Shown: positions 19,220 to 29,069 of the stretch, piece after piece
Layout: the number at the start of each line of letters is the position of its first letter
Numbering within the stretch: the stretch's first letter is position 1
Source: Vulcanimicrobiota bacterium
GTDB taxonomy: Bacteria > Vulcanimicrobiota > Vulcanimicrobiia > Vulcanimicrobiales > Vulcanimicrobiaceae
Reading direction: 5' to 3'
DNA length: 64,000 bases
Assembly (NCBI GenBank): GCA_963733295.1
Contig: CAVTCS010000003.1
Span: 480,001-544,000, forward strand
The notes under the pieces: generated by a model
Database searches by the model: none
What the model saw: only the letters and a program-made list of their open reading frames with translations
What the model was told of the DNA's origin: nothing
Program-made: the position numbers and the translations under genes

Positions 19220-21141
19220 GCGCGCTCCTGATCTCGCTGTGGCTGCTGCCGCTCGCCGGTGCGATCTTGTTGTGGGCCTTCGGCCCGCAGCTCAACCGCG
19301 CGGCGGGCGTTGTCGGGACCTTCATCGTCTTCTTTTCGTTCGCGCTGACGGTCGCGCTTTTCGACGTCGCGCGCGCCCCGGGCGGACTCCACGTCACGCT
19401 GGGAAGCTGGGTCCCGGGCTTTGACTTCGGCCTCTTGCTCGATCCGCTCGCGCTCCTGTGGGCCCTCATCATCACCGGAGTCGGCGGCTTGATCCACGCC
19501 TATGCGGTCGGTTACATGGCGGGCGACAACGCGGTCGCGCGTTTCTTCGCGTACATGAACTTCTTCGTTTTCGCGATGCTCACGCTCGTGCTCTCCGACA
19601 ATTTCGTCGGGTTGCTCGTCGGCTGGGGTCTGGTCGGCTTAGCTTCGTACTTCTTGATCAGCTTTTGGTTTTCTCGGCCTTCGGCGGTGGCGGCGGGCCG
19701 CAAGGCTTTCGTTATCAACGTGGTCGGCGATATGGGGCTGATGCTGGCGATCGTCGTCCTCTACGCGCAGCTTGGTTCGATCGGGTTCGCGACGATCTTT
19801 TCGAAGGTCGGACAGTTGCCGGTTCCGACCCTGCTGCTCGTGTGCGTCGCGCTGTTCGTCGCGTGCGCCGCGAAGTCGGCGCAGGTCCCGCTGCAAACGT
19901 GGTTGCCGGACGCGATGGAGGGTCCGACTCCGGTCTCGGCGCTGATCCACGCTGCCACGATGGTCACGGCCGGCGTTTATCTGGTCGCGCGCTGCGCACC
20001 GCTCTACAACGCGTCGCCTCAGTCGCAGGAGCTGGTTGGGGTCATCGGCGCGCTGACCGCGCTGCTGGGAGCGACGCTCGGGATGGCGCAGTGGGACATC
20101 AAGCGCGTCCTCGCCTATTCGACGATGTCGCAGATCGGCTACATGATCATGGGCGTCGGCGTCGGCGCGTACCACGCCGGCGTGCTGCACTTCTTCACGC
20201 ATGCGTTCTTCAAGGCGCAGCTCTTCTTGGGAGCCGGGCTCGTCATCCACGCGCTGCATGACGAACAGGACATCCGCAAGATGGGCGGCTTGCGCCGGCG
20301 CATGCCCTTCGCGTTTCTCGCGATGCTGCTCGGCACGCTCGCGATCATCGGCTTTCCGGGGTTCTCGGGTTATTTCAGCAAGGACGCCGTGATCTACGGC
20401 ACGCTCGAACGTGGCCATCCGCTGTTGTACGGGGTAGGCGTGCTGACGGCCGGATTCACGGCCTACTACATGTTCCGGATGATCTTCGTCGCATTCTTCG
20501 GCACGTACCGCGGCGATCTCGACGACGCGGCGGTCGGCGTCCCCGAGCGCAGCGTTCCGCCTGCCTCGACCGAGCACGGCAGCCATCTTCCGGACTGGGT
20601 GATGCAGACGCCGATCGCGATCTTGATGATCGGCACCGTCGGCGCGGGTTGGGTCGCGCTGGGCGGGATCTCGAGTCCATGGTACCGGTATTTCGGCGAC
20701 ACCTTCGCGGGTGGCCCCGCGCTCGCGGGACCGGCGCTCGTCTCCGAGCTCGTTTCGACGATCTTGGTGCTGGCCGTCGTGGCGGTTGGTTTCGCGGTCG
20801 CCTTCGTTCGCTACGGCTCGGCGAACGCGATGCAGAACGCGGTCGAGCGGCTGCGCACTGAATCAAGCACGATGCCGCCCGCTCTCACTCACGCCTTCTA
20901 TTTTGATGATGCGCTCGACGCAATTTTCGTCCGCCCGGCTCGCGCGATCGGCGACGCTTGCGCGCGGTTTGTCGATCCGCACGTCATCGATAGCGGGATC
21001 CGGGATCTGGTTTGGCTGGCCAGCGGGGCCGGGTTGATCTTTCGCACGCTGCAAAACGGTCTCGTGCGAAGCTACGCGTTCGCGGTGGTAGCGGGAGCAA
21101 CGGCGGTTCTCGTGTACGTCGCATGGGTGGGCAGCCGATGA
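19216..21141 (+). CDS. nuoL: NADH-quinone oxidoreductase subunit L
   Basis: KSAQVPLQTWLPDAMEGPTPVSALIHAATMV, THAFFKA. Confidence 0.95.
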   Translation: MSALLISLWLLPLAGAILLWAFGPQLNRAAGVVGTFIVFFSFALTVALFDVARAPGGLHVTLGSWVPGFDFGLLLDPLALLWALIITGVGGLIHAYAVGYMAGDNAVARFFAYMNFFVFAMLTLVLSDNFVGLLVGWGLVGLASYFLISFWFSRPSAVAAGRKAFVINVVGDMGLMLAIVVLYAQLGSIGFATIFSKVGQLPVPTLLLVCVALFVACAAKSAQVPLQTWLPDAMEGPTPVSALIHAATMVTAGVYLVARCAPLYNASPQSQELVGVIGALTALLGATLGMAQWDIKRVLAYSTMSQIGYMIMGVGVGAYHAGVLHFFTHAFFKAQLFLGAGLVIHALHDEQDIRKMGGLRRRMPFAFLAMLLGTLAIIGFPGFSGYFSKDAVIYGTLERGHPLLYGVGVLTAGFTAYYMFRMIFVAFFGTYRGDLDDAAVGVPERSVPPASTEHGSHLPDWVMQTPIAILMIGTVGAGWVALGGISSPWYRYFGDTFAGGPALAGPALVSELVSTILVLAVVAVGFAVAFVRYGSANAMQNAVERLRTESSTMPPALTHAFYFDDALDAIFVRPARAIGDACARFVDPHVIDSGIRDLVWLASGAGLIFRTLQNGLVRSYAFAVVAGATAVLVYVAWVGSR

Positions 21142-22574
21142 TCTGGGCGCTCGCGATCGTTCCGGTGCTGGCCGGGCTCGCGCTTTACGCGTTACCGCGC
21201 AGTGCGGTGCAAGCTGCCAAATGGATCGGCGTCGCGATAGCTTTCGCGGCGTTCGCCGCAACGATCGGCTCGTACGGCGCGCCGGACGAATCGGTGCACT
21301 GGTTCAGCCAACCGTTCGTTGCGAATTTCCACGTGGGCCTGGGACAAGGCATCTCGTTTTGGATCGCGGCGCTCTTGGGCTTGACGGCCGGGTGCGCGCT
21401 TGCCGTCGTACACGTGCCGCGTCAACGCGATTTCGTGGCGCAGATGCTGATCTTGCTCGGCGCGATGATGGGCGTGTTCATCGCGCGCGACTTGCTCGTC
21501 TTCGCGCTCTTTTGGGATCTGCAGCTCATCCCGGTCTTCTTGATTCTCATCGGCTGGAGCCCCGACCGGCGGGCCGCTTCGGCTTGGCGCTATCTGGTCT
21601 ACAATTTGGCCGGCGGCCTGGCCTTGCTCTTGGCGGCGGCGGCTTTCGGCATCGCGGCGCAAACGACCGATGTCATCGGGCTCCCACCCCCCGGCGGTTC
21701 TTGGCTAGCGAACAACGCATGGAGCGCGTGGATCTTCGCGGGAATCGCCATCGCGTTTCTGATCAAGACGCCGGTTTGGCCGCTTCACACCTGGATGCCG
21801 GATACCTACGCGGATTTGCCGCCGCCGGCCGTCGCCTTGGTGAGCGCGGTGCAATCCAAAGGTGGCCTGTACGGGTTTATCGCGATCGTTCCTACCCTCG
21901 TCCCGGGCCCACTCCATGCGATCGCGCCGCTCATGTTCGTGTTGGGCTCGGTCGGTCTCATCTACGGTGCGCTCGTGGCGCTCGTCGAAGACGATGCGAA
22001 ACGTGTTGTCGCCTACTCGTCGCTCTCGCACCTCGGTTTGATCCTGATCGCAATCTTCAGCTTCGACAGCCTGGCACTGAGCGGCGCCGTCGTCTACATC
22101 CTCGCGCACGGACTCTTCAGCGCGGGGCTCTTTCTGGTGTTGGGTGAGGTCGAGGAACGCGAGGGCACGCGCCTGCTGTCGCGTCTGGGGGGCCTTGGAG
22201 CGCGAAATCCGCGTCTCGCCGGCGGGCTCGTGATTCTCGCGCTCGCGGCACTCGGTCTTCCCGGCTTGGCCGGCTTCGCGGGCGAGATCTTGATCATCGC
22301 CGGCGTCTATCGCGCCGGCGACGTCTGGCCGGCCGTCGTCGCGCTCGTTGCGATCGTGCTGGCCGCGGCCTACATGTTGCGGCTTTTCCAGGAAATGATG
22401 CACGGACCCCAAGTCGCAGATCTTCCGCAACGGCCCGACATGTCGGCGCTGGAAATGCTCGCACTCGCGCCCCTGGTCGTGGCGATCGTGTGGCTCGGCG
22501 TCGATCCAGGTCCGGTGGCCGCGGCCGCGCACAGCGCGTACGTTTCATCGGCCGTCGTGAGCGTGCGGCCATGA
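21138..22574 (+). CDS. nuoM: NADH-quinone oxidoreductase subunit M
   Basis: IKTPVWPLHTWMPD, AYSSLSHLG, GLPGLAGFAGE. Confidence 0.94.
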   Translation: MIWALAIVPVLAGLALYALPRSAVQAAKWIGVAIAFAAFAATIGSYGAPDESVHWFSQPFVANFHVGLGQGISFWIAALLGLTAGCALAVVHVPRQRDFVAQMLILLGAMMGVFIARDLLVFALFWDLQLIPVFLILIGWSPDRRAASAWRYLVYNLAGGLALLLAAAAFGIAAQTTDVIGLPPPGGSWLANNAWSAWIFAGIAIAFLIKTPVWPLHTWMPDTYADLPPPAVALVSAVQSKGGLYGFIAIVPTLVPGPLHAIAPLMFVLGSVGLIYGALVALVEDDAKRVVAYSSLSHLGLILIAIFSFDSLALSGAVVYILAHGLFSAGLFLVLGEVEEREGTRLLSRLGGLGARNPRLAGGLVILALAALGLPGLAGFAGEILIIAGVYRAGDVWPAVVALVAIVLAAAYMLRLFQEMMHGPQVADLPQRPDMSALEMLALAPLVVAIVWLGVDPGPVAAAAHSAYVSSAVVSVRP

Positions 22575-24010
22575 CGACCCTTACGATACCGTTCGGAAGC
22601 GCCGATTGGATGGCGATCTTGCCCGCGACGGTCGTCGGATCGACCGCGCTGCTCGTGCTGATCGCCGACTTGACGCTGCCTCGTGAAGCGCGCCGGGGCG
22701 CGGGGCTGGTGCTCGCTTTTCTCGGACTCGTCGCGGGCGGAGTGCTCGCGCTGCAGGGTTTGGGGCATACCTACGCCGCGTTCGGCGGCGGTTTCATGCT
22801 GGGCGGCTTCACGATCGTGTTCGAAGAGGTCATCGTCGTCGCGACGCTGCTGACGCTGTTGATGTCGTCGACGCTCGGCCGTGAGGATCAAGCGGCCGCC
22901 GGCGTTGCGCTTATCTTGTGGACTTCCACCGGAGCGATGCTGCTGGCCGGTGCCTCGAACCTGATGACGATCTTCCTCGGGCTCGAACTGCTCTCGCTCG
23001 CGCTCTATTGCCTGTGCACGCTGTCGCCGCGGCCGGCCTCGCGCGAATCGGCCCTGAAGTACCTGATCCTGTCCTCGACGGCGACGGCTTTCATGCTCTA
23101 CGGCATGGCCCTGCTGTTCGGTGCTACCGGCAGCGTCGCGCTCTCGGCGCTTCTCGACCCGCCCGCTTCGACCGCGCTTTTCGACGCCGGCTGCGGTCTG
23201 TTTTTCATCGGGATCGCGTTCAAGCTGAGCCTCGTTCCCTTCCACGTCTGGACGCCGGATGTCTACGAGGGCGCTCCCTTGCCCGTCACGGCGTTCATGA
23301 GCGTCGTTACTAAAGCCGGCATGCTCGCGGTCTTCGCGCGCTTCGCATATGCCGCGTTGCCCGCATCGAAGGCGCCGCAGCTGCTCTGGCCGATCTGGAT
23401 TTTTGCGGCGCTTTCGATGATCGTCGGCAACGTCGCGGCACTCGCCCAGACCGATATAAAACGGCTGCTGGCCTACTCGGGGATCGCGCAACTCGGGTAC
23501 ATCGTGGCGGCGATGGCCGGAACGACGCAGGGCGGTCTGCGCTATGCGATCTTCTACCTGATCGCGTATATGTTTATGAACTTGGGCGCCTTCGGAGTGG
23601 CCGCGCTCCTCACCCGCGAGCATGAAGAAGGCTCGCGCCTCGCTTCCTACTCAGGCTTGGGACATCGCCAGCCGATCCTGGCCGGCGCGATGACGTTTTT
23701 CTTGCTGGCCCTCGCGGGTCTGCCGCCGACCGTCGGCTTCACCGGGAAAGTCTTTATCTTGGCGAGTTCGGTGTTCGCGGGTTACGCGTGGCTCGCCGGC
23801 ATTTTGATCGCCGGAACCGTCGTCTCCGCTTACGTGTACTTGAAGATCGTCTTTACGATGTACGCGCGCACGGCCGGCGCGCCGCTGCAGCGTGCCGTAA
23901 CCCCAGTCAGTTTTCTGCCCTGGATCGGCGTGGCTGCGTGCGCCGTCGCGGTGCTCGTCTTGGGTCTTTATCCGTATGCCCCAAGCGACGTCGTGCCGCT
24001 CGTGAAGTAG
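22571..24010 (+). CDS. nuoN: NADH-quinone oxidoreductase subunit N
   Basis: ESALKY, FKLSLVPFHVWTPDVYEGAP, KRLLAYSGIA. Confidence 0.95.
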   Translation: MTTLTIPFGSADWMAILPATVVGSTALLVLIADLTLPREARRGAGLVLAFLGLVAGGVLALQGLGHTYAAFGGGFMLGGFTIVFEEVIVVATLLTLLMSSTLGREDQAAAGVALILWTSTGAMLLAGASNLMTIFLGLELLSLALYCLCTLSPRPASRESALKYLILSSTATAFMLYGMALLFGATGSVALSALLDPPASTALFDAGCGLFFIGIAFKLSLVPFHVWTPDVYEGAPLPVTAFMSVVTKAGMLAVFARFAYAALPASKAPQLLWPIWIFAALSMIVGNVAALAQTDIKRLLAYSGIAQLGYIVAAMAGTTQGGLRYAIFYLIAYMFMNLGAFGVAALLTREHEEGSRLASYSGLGHRQPILAGAMTFFLLALAGLPPTVGFTGKVFILASSVFAGYAWLAGILIAGTVVSAYVYLKIVFTMYARTAGAPLQRAVTPVSFLPWIGVAACAVAVLVLGLYPYAPSDVVPLVK

Positions 24011-24020
24011 CGAGCGAGTA

Positions 24021-24836
24021 ATCGAGCATCGCCTCTACGTCCCGGAAGGGCGGCTCGGTCGCGCTCCGCTGCTCGTTGCGCTGCACGGTTGCACGCAGAG
24101 CGCGAGCGATTTCGCCGCCGGCACGCGCTTCGACGAAGTGGCCCGGCAACACGGCGCGTACGTGCTATATCCCGAGCAGTCGGCTCGCGCGAACGCTCAA
24201 GGTTGTTGGAATTGGTTTCTGCCCGAGCATCAGAAACGCGGACGCGGCGAGCCCGCCGCGATCCTGAGGCTCGTGGAAGAGGTATGCCGCAAGCATTCGA
24301 TCGACCGCGAGCGCATCTTCGTCGCCGGCCTCTCCGCGGGTGCGGCAATGGCGGCCATCTTGGCCGAGCAGGCACCCGACGTGTTCTCGGCGGCCGGCAT
24401 GATGGCCGGCGTTCCGTTATACGCGAGTCACGACGTCGCGAGCGCGTATGCGCTCATGCGGGGCGACGCCGTGGAAAGCGACCTCGCGCCGGCGCTCGTT
24501 CGTAAGGCTCGACTCAACGCGTCGTTTGGAAGGCTGCGCGCGACGATCTGGACGGGCGCGGAAGATCGCCGCGTTGCGCCGACCAACGCCTCGGCTTTGA
24601 CGCGCCAGTTCTTGCAGCTGCTGCAGCTGAACGGGATGCAAGCGCTGCGCGTCGCGCGCGGTGACGCCGAAGTCCTTGGCTGGTCAGATGCGCAAGGGGT
24701 CGTGCGCGTCGAGCAATGGTGCGTTCCGGAGATGGGCCACGCTTGGAGTGGAGGAAGCTTTCGCGGGTCGCACACGCATCCCGAAGGCCCGAACGCAAGC
24801 GAGGAGATGTTCGAATTCTTTCTGCGCGTGCGCTGA
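24021..24836 (+). CDS. PHB-depolymerase/LpqC-family esterase (start codon uncertain)
   Basis: LYVP...LLVALHGCTQ lies upstream of the tracked GTG 24138; CWNWF, GLSAG nucleophile, GHAWSGG. Confidence 0.85.
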   Translation: MEHRLYVPEGRLGRAPLLVALHGCTQSASDFAAGTRFDEVARQHGAYVLYPEQSARANAQGCWNWFLPEHQKRGRGEPAAILRLVEEVCRKHSIDRERIFVAGLSAGAAMAAILAEQAPDVFSAAGMMAGVPLYASHDVASAYALMRGDAVESDLAPALVRKARLNASFGRLRATIWTGAEDRRVAPTNASALTRQFLQLLQLNGMQALRVARGDAEVLGWSDAQGVVRVEQWCVPEMGHAWSGGSFRGSHTHPEGPNASEEMFEFFLRVR

Positions 24837-25001
24837 CGCCCGCTTCAAACCTGCTGGGGTGCGCGTGCGAGATGCCGTCCGCTCGCTCGGCTATGAGAGG
24901 CCTGCGCTCACGAACGCTTTCCTGCCAGGTGTCGCCGAGCTAGAAACCGACCTACAATAACCCGCCACCAAAGTTCATTGCTGCTTGAGTGAGGCACCCT
25001 T

Positions 25002-25841
25002 ATGGACACGATCACGACCAAAGACGGAACGCAGATCTACTTCAAGGATTGGGGACAGGGACAACCGGTGGTCTTTAGTCACGGCTGGCCGCTCAACGCG
25101 GACGCGTTTGAGGACCAAATGTTCTTTCTTGCGTCAAACGGATATCGGTGCGTCGCGCACGACCGTCGTGGGCACGGCCGGTCGAGTCAACCCTGGATCG
25201 GGAACGATATGGACACCTACGCCGACGACCTGGCCGAGCTCGTGCAAGCGCTCGATCTAAGAGACGCCGTTCATGTGGGACACTCGACCGGCGGTGGCGA
25301 GCTCGCCCGCTATATCGGACGGCACGGCACGAACCGCGTAGCGAAGGCGGTGCTGATCGGAGCGGTGCCTCCGATTATGCTCAAGACGCCGGCAAATCCG
25401 GGCGGCCTGCCGATGGAAGTCTTCGACGGGCTGCGCACCAGCGTACAGGCAGACCGGTCGCAATTCTTCAAGGACCTCAGCCTGCCGTTCTACGGCTACA
25501 ATCGGCCGGGTGCGAAGGTATCGGAAGGCATTCGCGAGTCGTTCTGGCTCCAAGGCATGCTCGCCGGCCTGCCCGCCGCCTATTTTTGCATCAAACAATT
25601 CTCCGAAACCGACTTCACCGAGGATCTCAAAAAGATCGACGTCCCGACGCTGATCATTCATGGCGATGACGATCAAATCGTCCCGATCGCCGATTCCGGC
25701 TTGTTGACCGCGAAAATAGTCAAAGAGGCTCGGCTCGAGGTGTATAAGGGCGCCCCGCACGGGCTTTGCACCACCATGAAGGACCGCGTGAACGCCGATC
25801 TACTGGCCTTCATCAAAGCGCCGGTTCCAGCTGTTCGTTAA
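25002..25841 (+). CDS. cpo: non-heme chloroperoxidase/arylesterase-type alpha/beta hydrolase
   Basis: [49 protein letters not shown]. Upstream TACAAT -10-like hexamer and GAGG RBS. Confidence 0.9.
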   Translation: MDTITTKDGTQIYFKDWGQGQPVVFSHGWPLNADAFEDQMFFLASNGYRCVAHDRRGHGRSSQPWIGNDMDTYADDLAELVQALDLRDAVHVGHSTGGGELARYIGRHGTNRVAKAVLIGAVPPIMLKTPANPGGLPMEVFDGLRTSVQADRSQFFKDLSLPFYGYNRPGAKVSEGIRESFWLQGMLAGLPAAYFCIKQFSETDFTEDLKKIDVPTLIIHGDDDQIVPIADSGLLTAKIVKEARLEVYKGAPHGLCTTMKDRVNADLLAFIKAPVPAVR

Positions 25842-25868
25842 GCTTTTTATTCTGGAGAGGAAAAGAAA

Positions 25869-26315
25869 TTGAATCTGACCATCACTGTCCCGCGAAGTGC
25901 CAAAGACAAACTCGCAGGCCTCGTGTCCCTGGCTCGTACGATCGACAAAGCGAGAGCCTATAACGAGGGCAACTTGGGAGAGTACGACTACGATTGTCCC
26001 CACGACAAACCGCTGTTCGAGTTCATCGGCACGGACGGTCCTACGTTTGCGGCCAAGGTCAAGGAACTCAAGAGCGACGATGCGATCGTCGAGTGGATCA
26101 GAACCTTACCTTTTGGCAAAAAGACCCAGGCTCAAATCGATGCTTTCAATGCGGAACGCATGCGTTGGCATCCCGAGAAAGGTTCGCCCAGCGAAGAGTA
26201 CTTCAAGGGCCTTCGGGACAAGATCGCGCCTGGGAGACCGGAGGTCGTCACCTGGTTCGACTTGCTCGATCTAGATGAAGGACGCCCGGTCCCGCAGGCA
26301 ACTCGCTTGAGTTAG
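25869..26315 (+). CDS. DUF5069-like protein
   Basis: VPRS..KLAGLV.LARTIDKARA...GEYDYDCP...WFDLLDLDE pattern recalled for DUF5069. Confidence 0.7.
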   Translation: MNLTITVPRSAKDKLAGLVSLARTIDKARAYNEGNLGEYDYDCPHDKPLFEFIGTDGPTFAAKVKELKSDDAIVEWIRTLPFGKKTQAQIDAFNAERMRWHPEKGSPSEEYFKGLRDKIAPGRPEVVTWFDLLDLDEGRPVPQATRLS

Positions 26316-27187
26316 TTAGGCCAGCGGTTGAGTCTGCTGCCGGCGTCGAACGTGCTTTCGAGGAACTCCAGGAGCACCGTTTCGGGCGACTGCGCGTTGC
26401 GCACGTTCTCGTACGGCAGCAGAAACTCACCCAGCTCCTTACTCCACGCGGCTCCCTCGGGACGGATCGCCGCGGTTTCGATTCCGGGCGGCTTCGGGTA
26501 GGCGTACGCGTAGAAGGCGGGAGCCTCGTAACGCTGGTCGCCGGCCCAAAATCCGGCGGCGACCTCTTCCGCATCCATCGACTTACGCATGATGTAGCCC
26601 GAATTCGGCGGAGGTTCCGCCGGACGTCCCGAGTAGCGCGCGTACGCCAGATCGCAAGACCCCCACCACACGTTCACCGGCGTCTGGCGGCCCCGATAGG
26701 GTGCGCGGAATTGCTTGAAAACTTGGTCGACGCTGCTCAAGATCCGCCAGAACTTCGTAACCCACGGTGCGTCGTAGGATGCGTGCACGACGTCGTCCGG
26801 AAAGGGTATCGGATTTGGAATCTCTTGAGGGACGGGATTGATCGCGACCTTGAGGCCGGCTGCTTCGAGCGAAGCCATCACGGCAGCGTAAAAATCCCGC
26901 ACGCTGCGCGGCCCCAGGTCGAGACGTTCGACTTGGCCCTGCGAAGTCGCGAGATATAGCTTATGCGCGATGAAGTCGAAGTCGATCTGAGCGGTGAGGT
27001 CGCGATACGGCATCGGACCGGTCGTCAAACCGCGCGACGTCAGGTAGAGCGCCGTCTGACCGAATTCCGGCTCGGCCGGAGCCAGCGCTAGCCGGATCTT
27101 GCCCACGACCTGCAAGTACATGTGCAGCGTGGCGCGAGTGTCGCTCCAGGCTTCGAGCGGCAGTGCAGGCCACGCCGTATCGCTCAC
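26312..27187 (-). CDS. DUF5996-family protein
   Basis: WPALP..W..TRATLHM..QVVGK, RGLTT, DLA..R.SGR.A, GFWAG, FYAYAYP, GEFLLPY. Confidence 0.75.
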   Translation of the reverse strand: MSDTAWPALPLEAWSDTRATLHMYLQVVGKIRLALAPAEPEFGQTALYLTSRGLTTGPMPYRDLTAQIDFDFIAHKLYLATSQGQVERLDLGPRSVRDFYAAVMASLEAAGLKVAINPVPQEIPNPIPFPDDVVHASYDAPWVTKFWRILSSVDQVFKQFRAPYRGRQTPVNVWWGSCDLAYARYSGRPAEPPPNSGYIMRKSMDAEEVAAGFWAGDQRYEAPAFYAYAYPKPPGIETAAIRPEGAAWSKELGEFLLPYENVRNAQSPETVLLEFLESTFDAGSRLNRWPN

Positions 27188-28218
27188 GTGAGGTCACCGG
27201 TCGTTTTGCTGAGGATCTTCCAGGCTTCGCTGTCGTATTGGTCGCGCCACTGCGCGTAAAGTCCCGCGCTGCGCACGACCTGGCGAAACGGCTCGACGGC
27301 GGGCCGGTTGAAGACGAGACCTTGCGAACGCAGCTTCGTTTCGATTCCGTCTTCGTCGGCGGCCATGGCCGCACTCGCTTGGCTCGAGGCTGCGACGAAC
27401 TCACGATCGACGATTTCTTGCAGGCTCTTCGGGAGACGCTGCCACGCGGCGGCGTTCGCGACCATCAGGTAATTGAGGAAGCTGTGGCCGGTCAGCGAAA
27501 CGTATTTGATCTGTTCGAAGAAACGGAAGTTCTCGAGGGTCGGAAGCGGCACTTCGATGCCGTCGACCAAATGCGTTTGCAGAGAGGTGTAGACTTCCGC
27601 CAGCGAAACGACCGTCGGCGCCGCGTCGAACGCCTTGAAAAGCGAAACGTCGAGCGGACCGGCCGGAACGCGAATCTTGAGCCCTTTGAAGTCCGCCGGC
27701 ACGTCGATCGCGCGGACGCGGTTCTCGACTTGAAACGTTCCGCCGTACCACGAGCCGTCGAATTTCCGGAGGCCGATCTTTTCGGCTTGAACGCCGATGT
27801 ACGCGCCGAGCGGGCCGTTCGATGCGCTTTCCATCTGCGCGTAGGAGTTGAAAGCGAACGGAATGCCCTCGAGCGCCGCCGCAGGGATGACGTTGGCGAG
27901 GATGTTGTTGCCGATCTGCAAGAGTTCGAGCGCGCCCGAGCGGGCTTGCGCGATCATCTGCGTGTCGTTCCCGAGCGCGCTGTTCGAGAAGACATGGATC
28001 TCGAGACGGCCGTTCGACGCGTCGAGCACCGCCTTTGCGGCTTTTTCGGCGAAGCCGGTAAGCGGATGGGTCGCAGGTTGATCGTTCGCAAGCTTGTAGC
28101 TGAACTCGGCCGCGCCGGCCGGATAACGGAGCACGCCGATCGTGGCGAAAACGCTCCCGGCGGCGAGAAAGCGCTTGCGCGTGGGGGCGCGGGGGACGGT
28201 CGAGTCCGCTCTGCTCAT
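27184..28218 (-). CDS. TRAP transporter substrate-binding protein (DctP family)
   Basis: Tat-like signal TRKRFL, DFKGLKIRV, EVYTSLQTHLVDG. Confidence 0.9.
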   Translation of the reverse strand: MSRADSTVPRAPTRKRFLAAGSVFATIGVLRYPAGAAEFSYKLANDQPATHPLTGFAEKAAKAVLDASNGRLEIHVFSNSALGNDTQMIAQARSGALELLQIGNNILANVIPAAALEGIPFAFNSYAQMESASNGPLGAYIGVQAEKIGLRKFDGSWYGGTFQVENRVRAIDVPADFKGLKIRVPAGPLDVSLFKAFDAAPTVVSLAEVYTSLQTHLVDGIEVPLPTLENFRFFEQIKYVSLTGHSFLNYLMVANAAAWQRLPKSLQEIVDREFVAASSQASAAMAADEDGIETKLRSQGLVFNRPAVEPFRQVVRSAGLYAQWRDQYDSEAWKILSKTTGDLT

Positions 28219-28262
28219 AGGGGCGATCTACGGTTCGCAAAGCGGCGCACCCTGTCGGGTTT

Positions 28263-28271
28263 TGCTATACT
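28263..28271 (+). promoter_or_regulatory. extended -10 promoter element (TGCTATACT)
   Basis: TGn-TATACT 6 nt upstream of GTG 28278. Confidence 0.5.
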
Positions 28272-28277
28272 ACGAAC

Positions 28278-28523
28278 GTGAACGATGCACAGAAACTGGC
28301 AAATGCCCTCAACGTGCTCGCCAAGAATCCGCAGTTCTCCTATAAGACGGCCCGCGCTACCGCGCGAAGCGACCAGCGAGTCGACGTCGCGGCAACGAGG
28401 GCGCAAAACGAAGATTTCAATCCGGAAGTCGATGGTTGCGAAAGCTTCGTGATGAAGGACGGAAGCGTTTGCCGTTGGATGGCGGCCCGCTCGGTGTATG
28501 CCGCGCACGCACCGGAGCACTGA
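28278..28523 (+). CDS. small hypothetical protein (81 aa)
   Basis: Fills the intergenic gap, has protein-like composition, and is preceded by an extended -10. Confidence 0.55.
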   Translation: MNDAQKLANALNVLAKNPQFSYKTARATARSDQRVDVAATRAQNEDFNPEVDGCESFVMKDGSVCRWMAARSVYAAHAPEH

Positions 28524-28541
28524 CTTTAGGCTCGAACGAGC

Positions 28542-29069
28542 GTGCAGAATTCGGAGGTTATCGTGGATATCGTGCTCCTGGTCGTGCGGTTGATCGGTCT
28601 CGGTTTTGCGGCTCACGGTGCCCAAAAGCTTTTCGGATGGTTCGGAGGACACGGATTGGCCGGGACCGGCGGGTTCTTCGAATCGCTCGGCTGGAAACCG
28701 GGAAAGCTCTACGCCGGAGCCGCAGGGACCGGCGAGTTCGCCGGCGGGTTGCTGCTGTTTCTCGGCTTCGGCGGACCGATCGGGCCGATGCTCATGATCG
28801 CCGTCATGGTCTCTGCAGCGATCGCCGTTCACGCACCGGCTGGGTGGTTTGCACCGAACGGAATCGAGACACCCGTTCTGTACATTAGCCTCGCGTTGCT
28901 GTTTGCGTTCGTCGGCTTCGGCCCGTACAGTCTCGACGCAGCCCTCGGGCTATCGCCGTATTGGACTTTGACCGTTACCTGCGTAGCGGTCGGCCTCGGC
29001 GTACTCGGCGGTCTCGTGCCGCAGGCGCTGCGTCACAAGCCGGCGCCGCCCGACAAAGCTCCGGCCTAG
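28542..29069 (+). CDS. DoxX-family membrane protein
   Basis: AHGAQKLFGWFGGHGL, GEFAGG, GPYSLD. Confidence 0.9.
   Translation: MQNSEVIVDIVLLVVRLIGLGFAAHGAQKLFGWFGGHGLAGTGGFFESLGWKPGKLYAGAAGTGEFAGGLLLFLGFGGPIGPMLMIAVMVSAAIAVHAPAGWFAPNGIETPVLYISLALLFAFVGFGPYSLDAALGLSPYWTLTVTCVAVGLGVLGGLVPQALRHKPAPPDKAPA

Noticed and set aside
9727..24010. nuoBCD as a possible [NiFe]-hydrogenase
   Set aside because: NuoD lacks the CxxC nickel-binding motifs and the full A-N order is canonical complex I.
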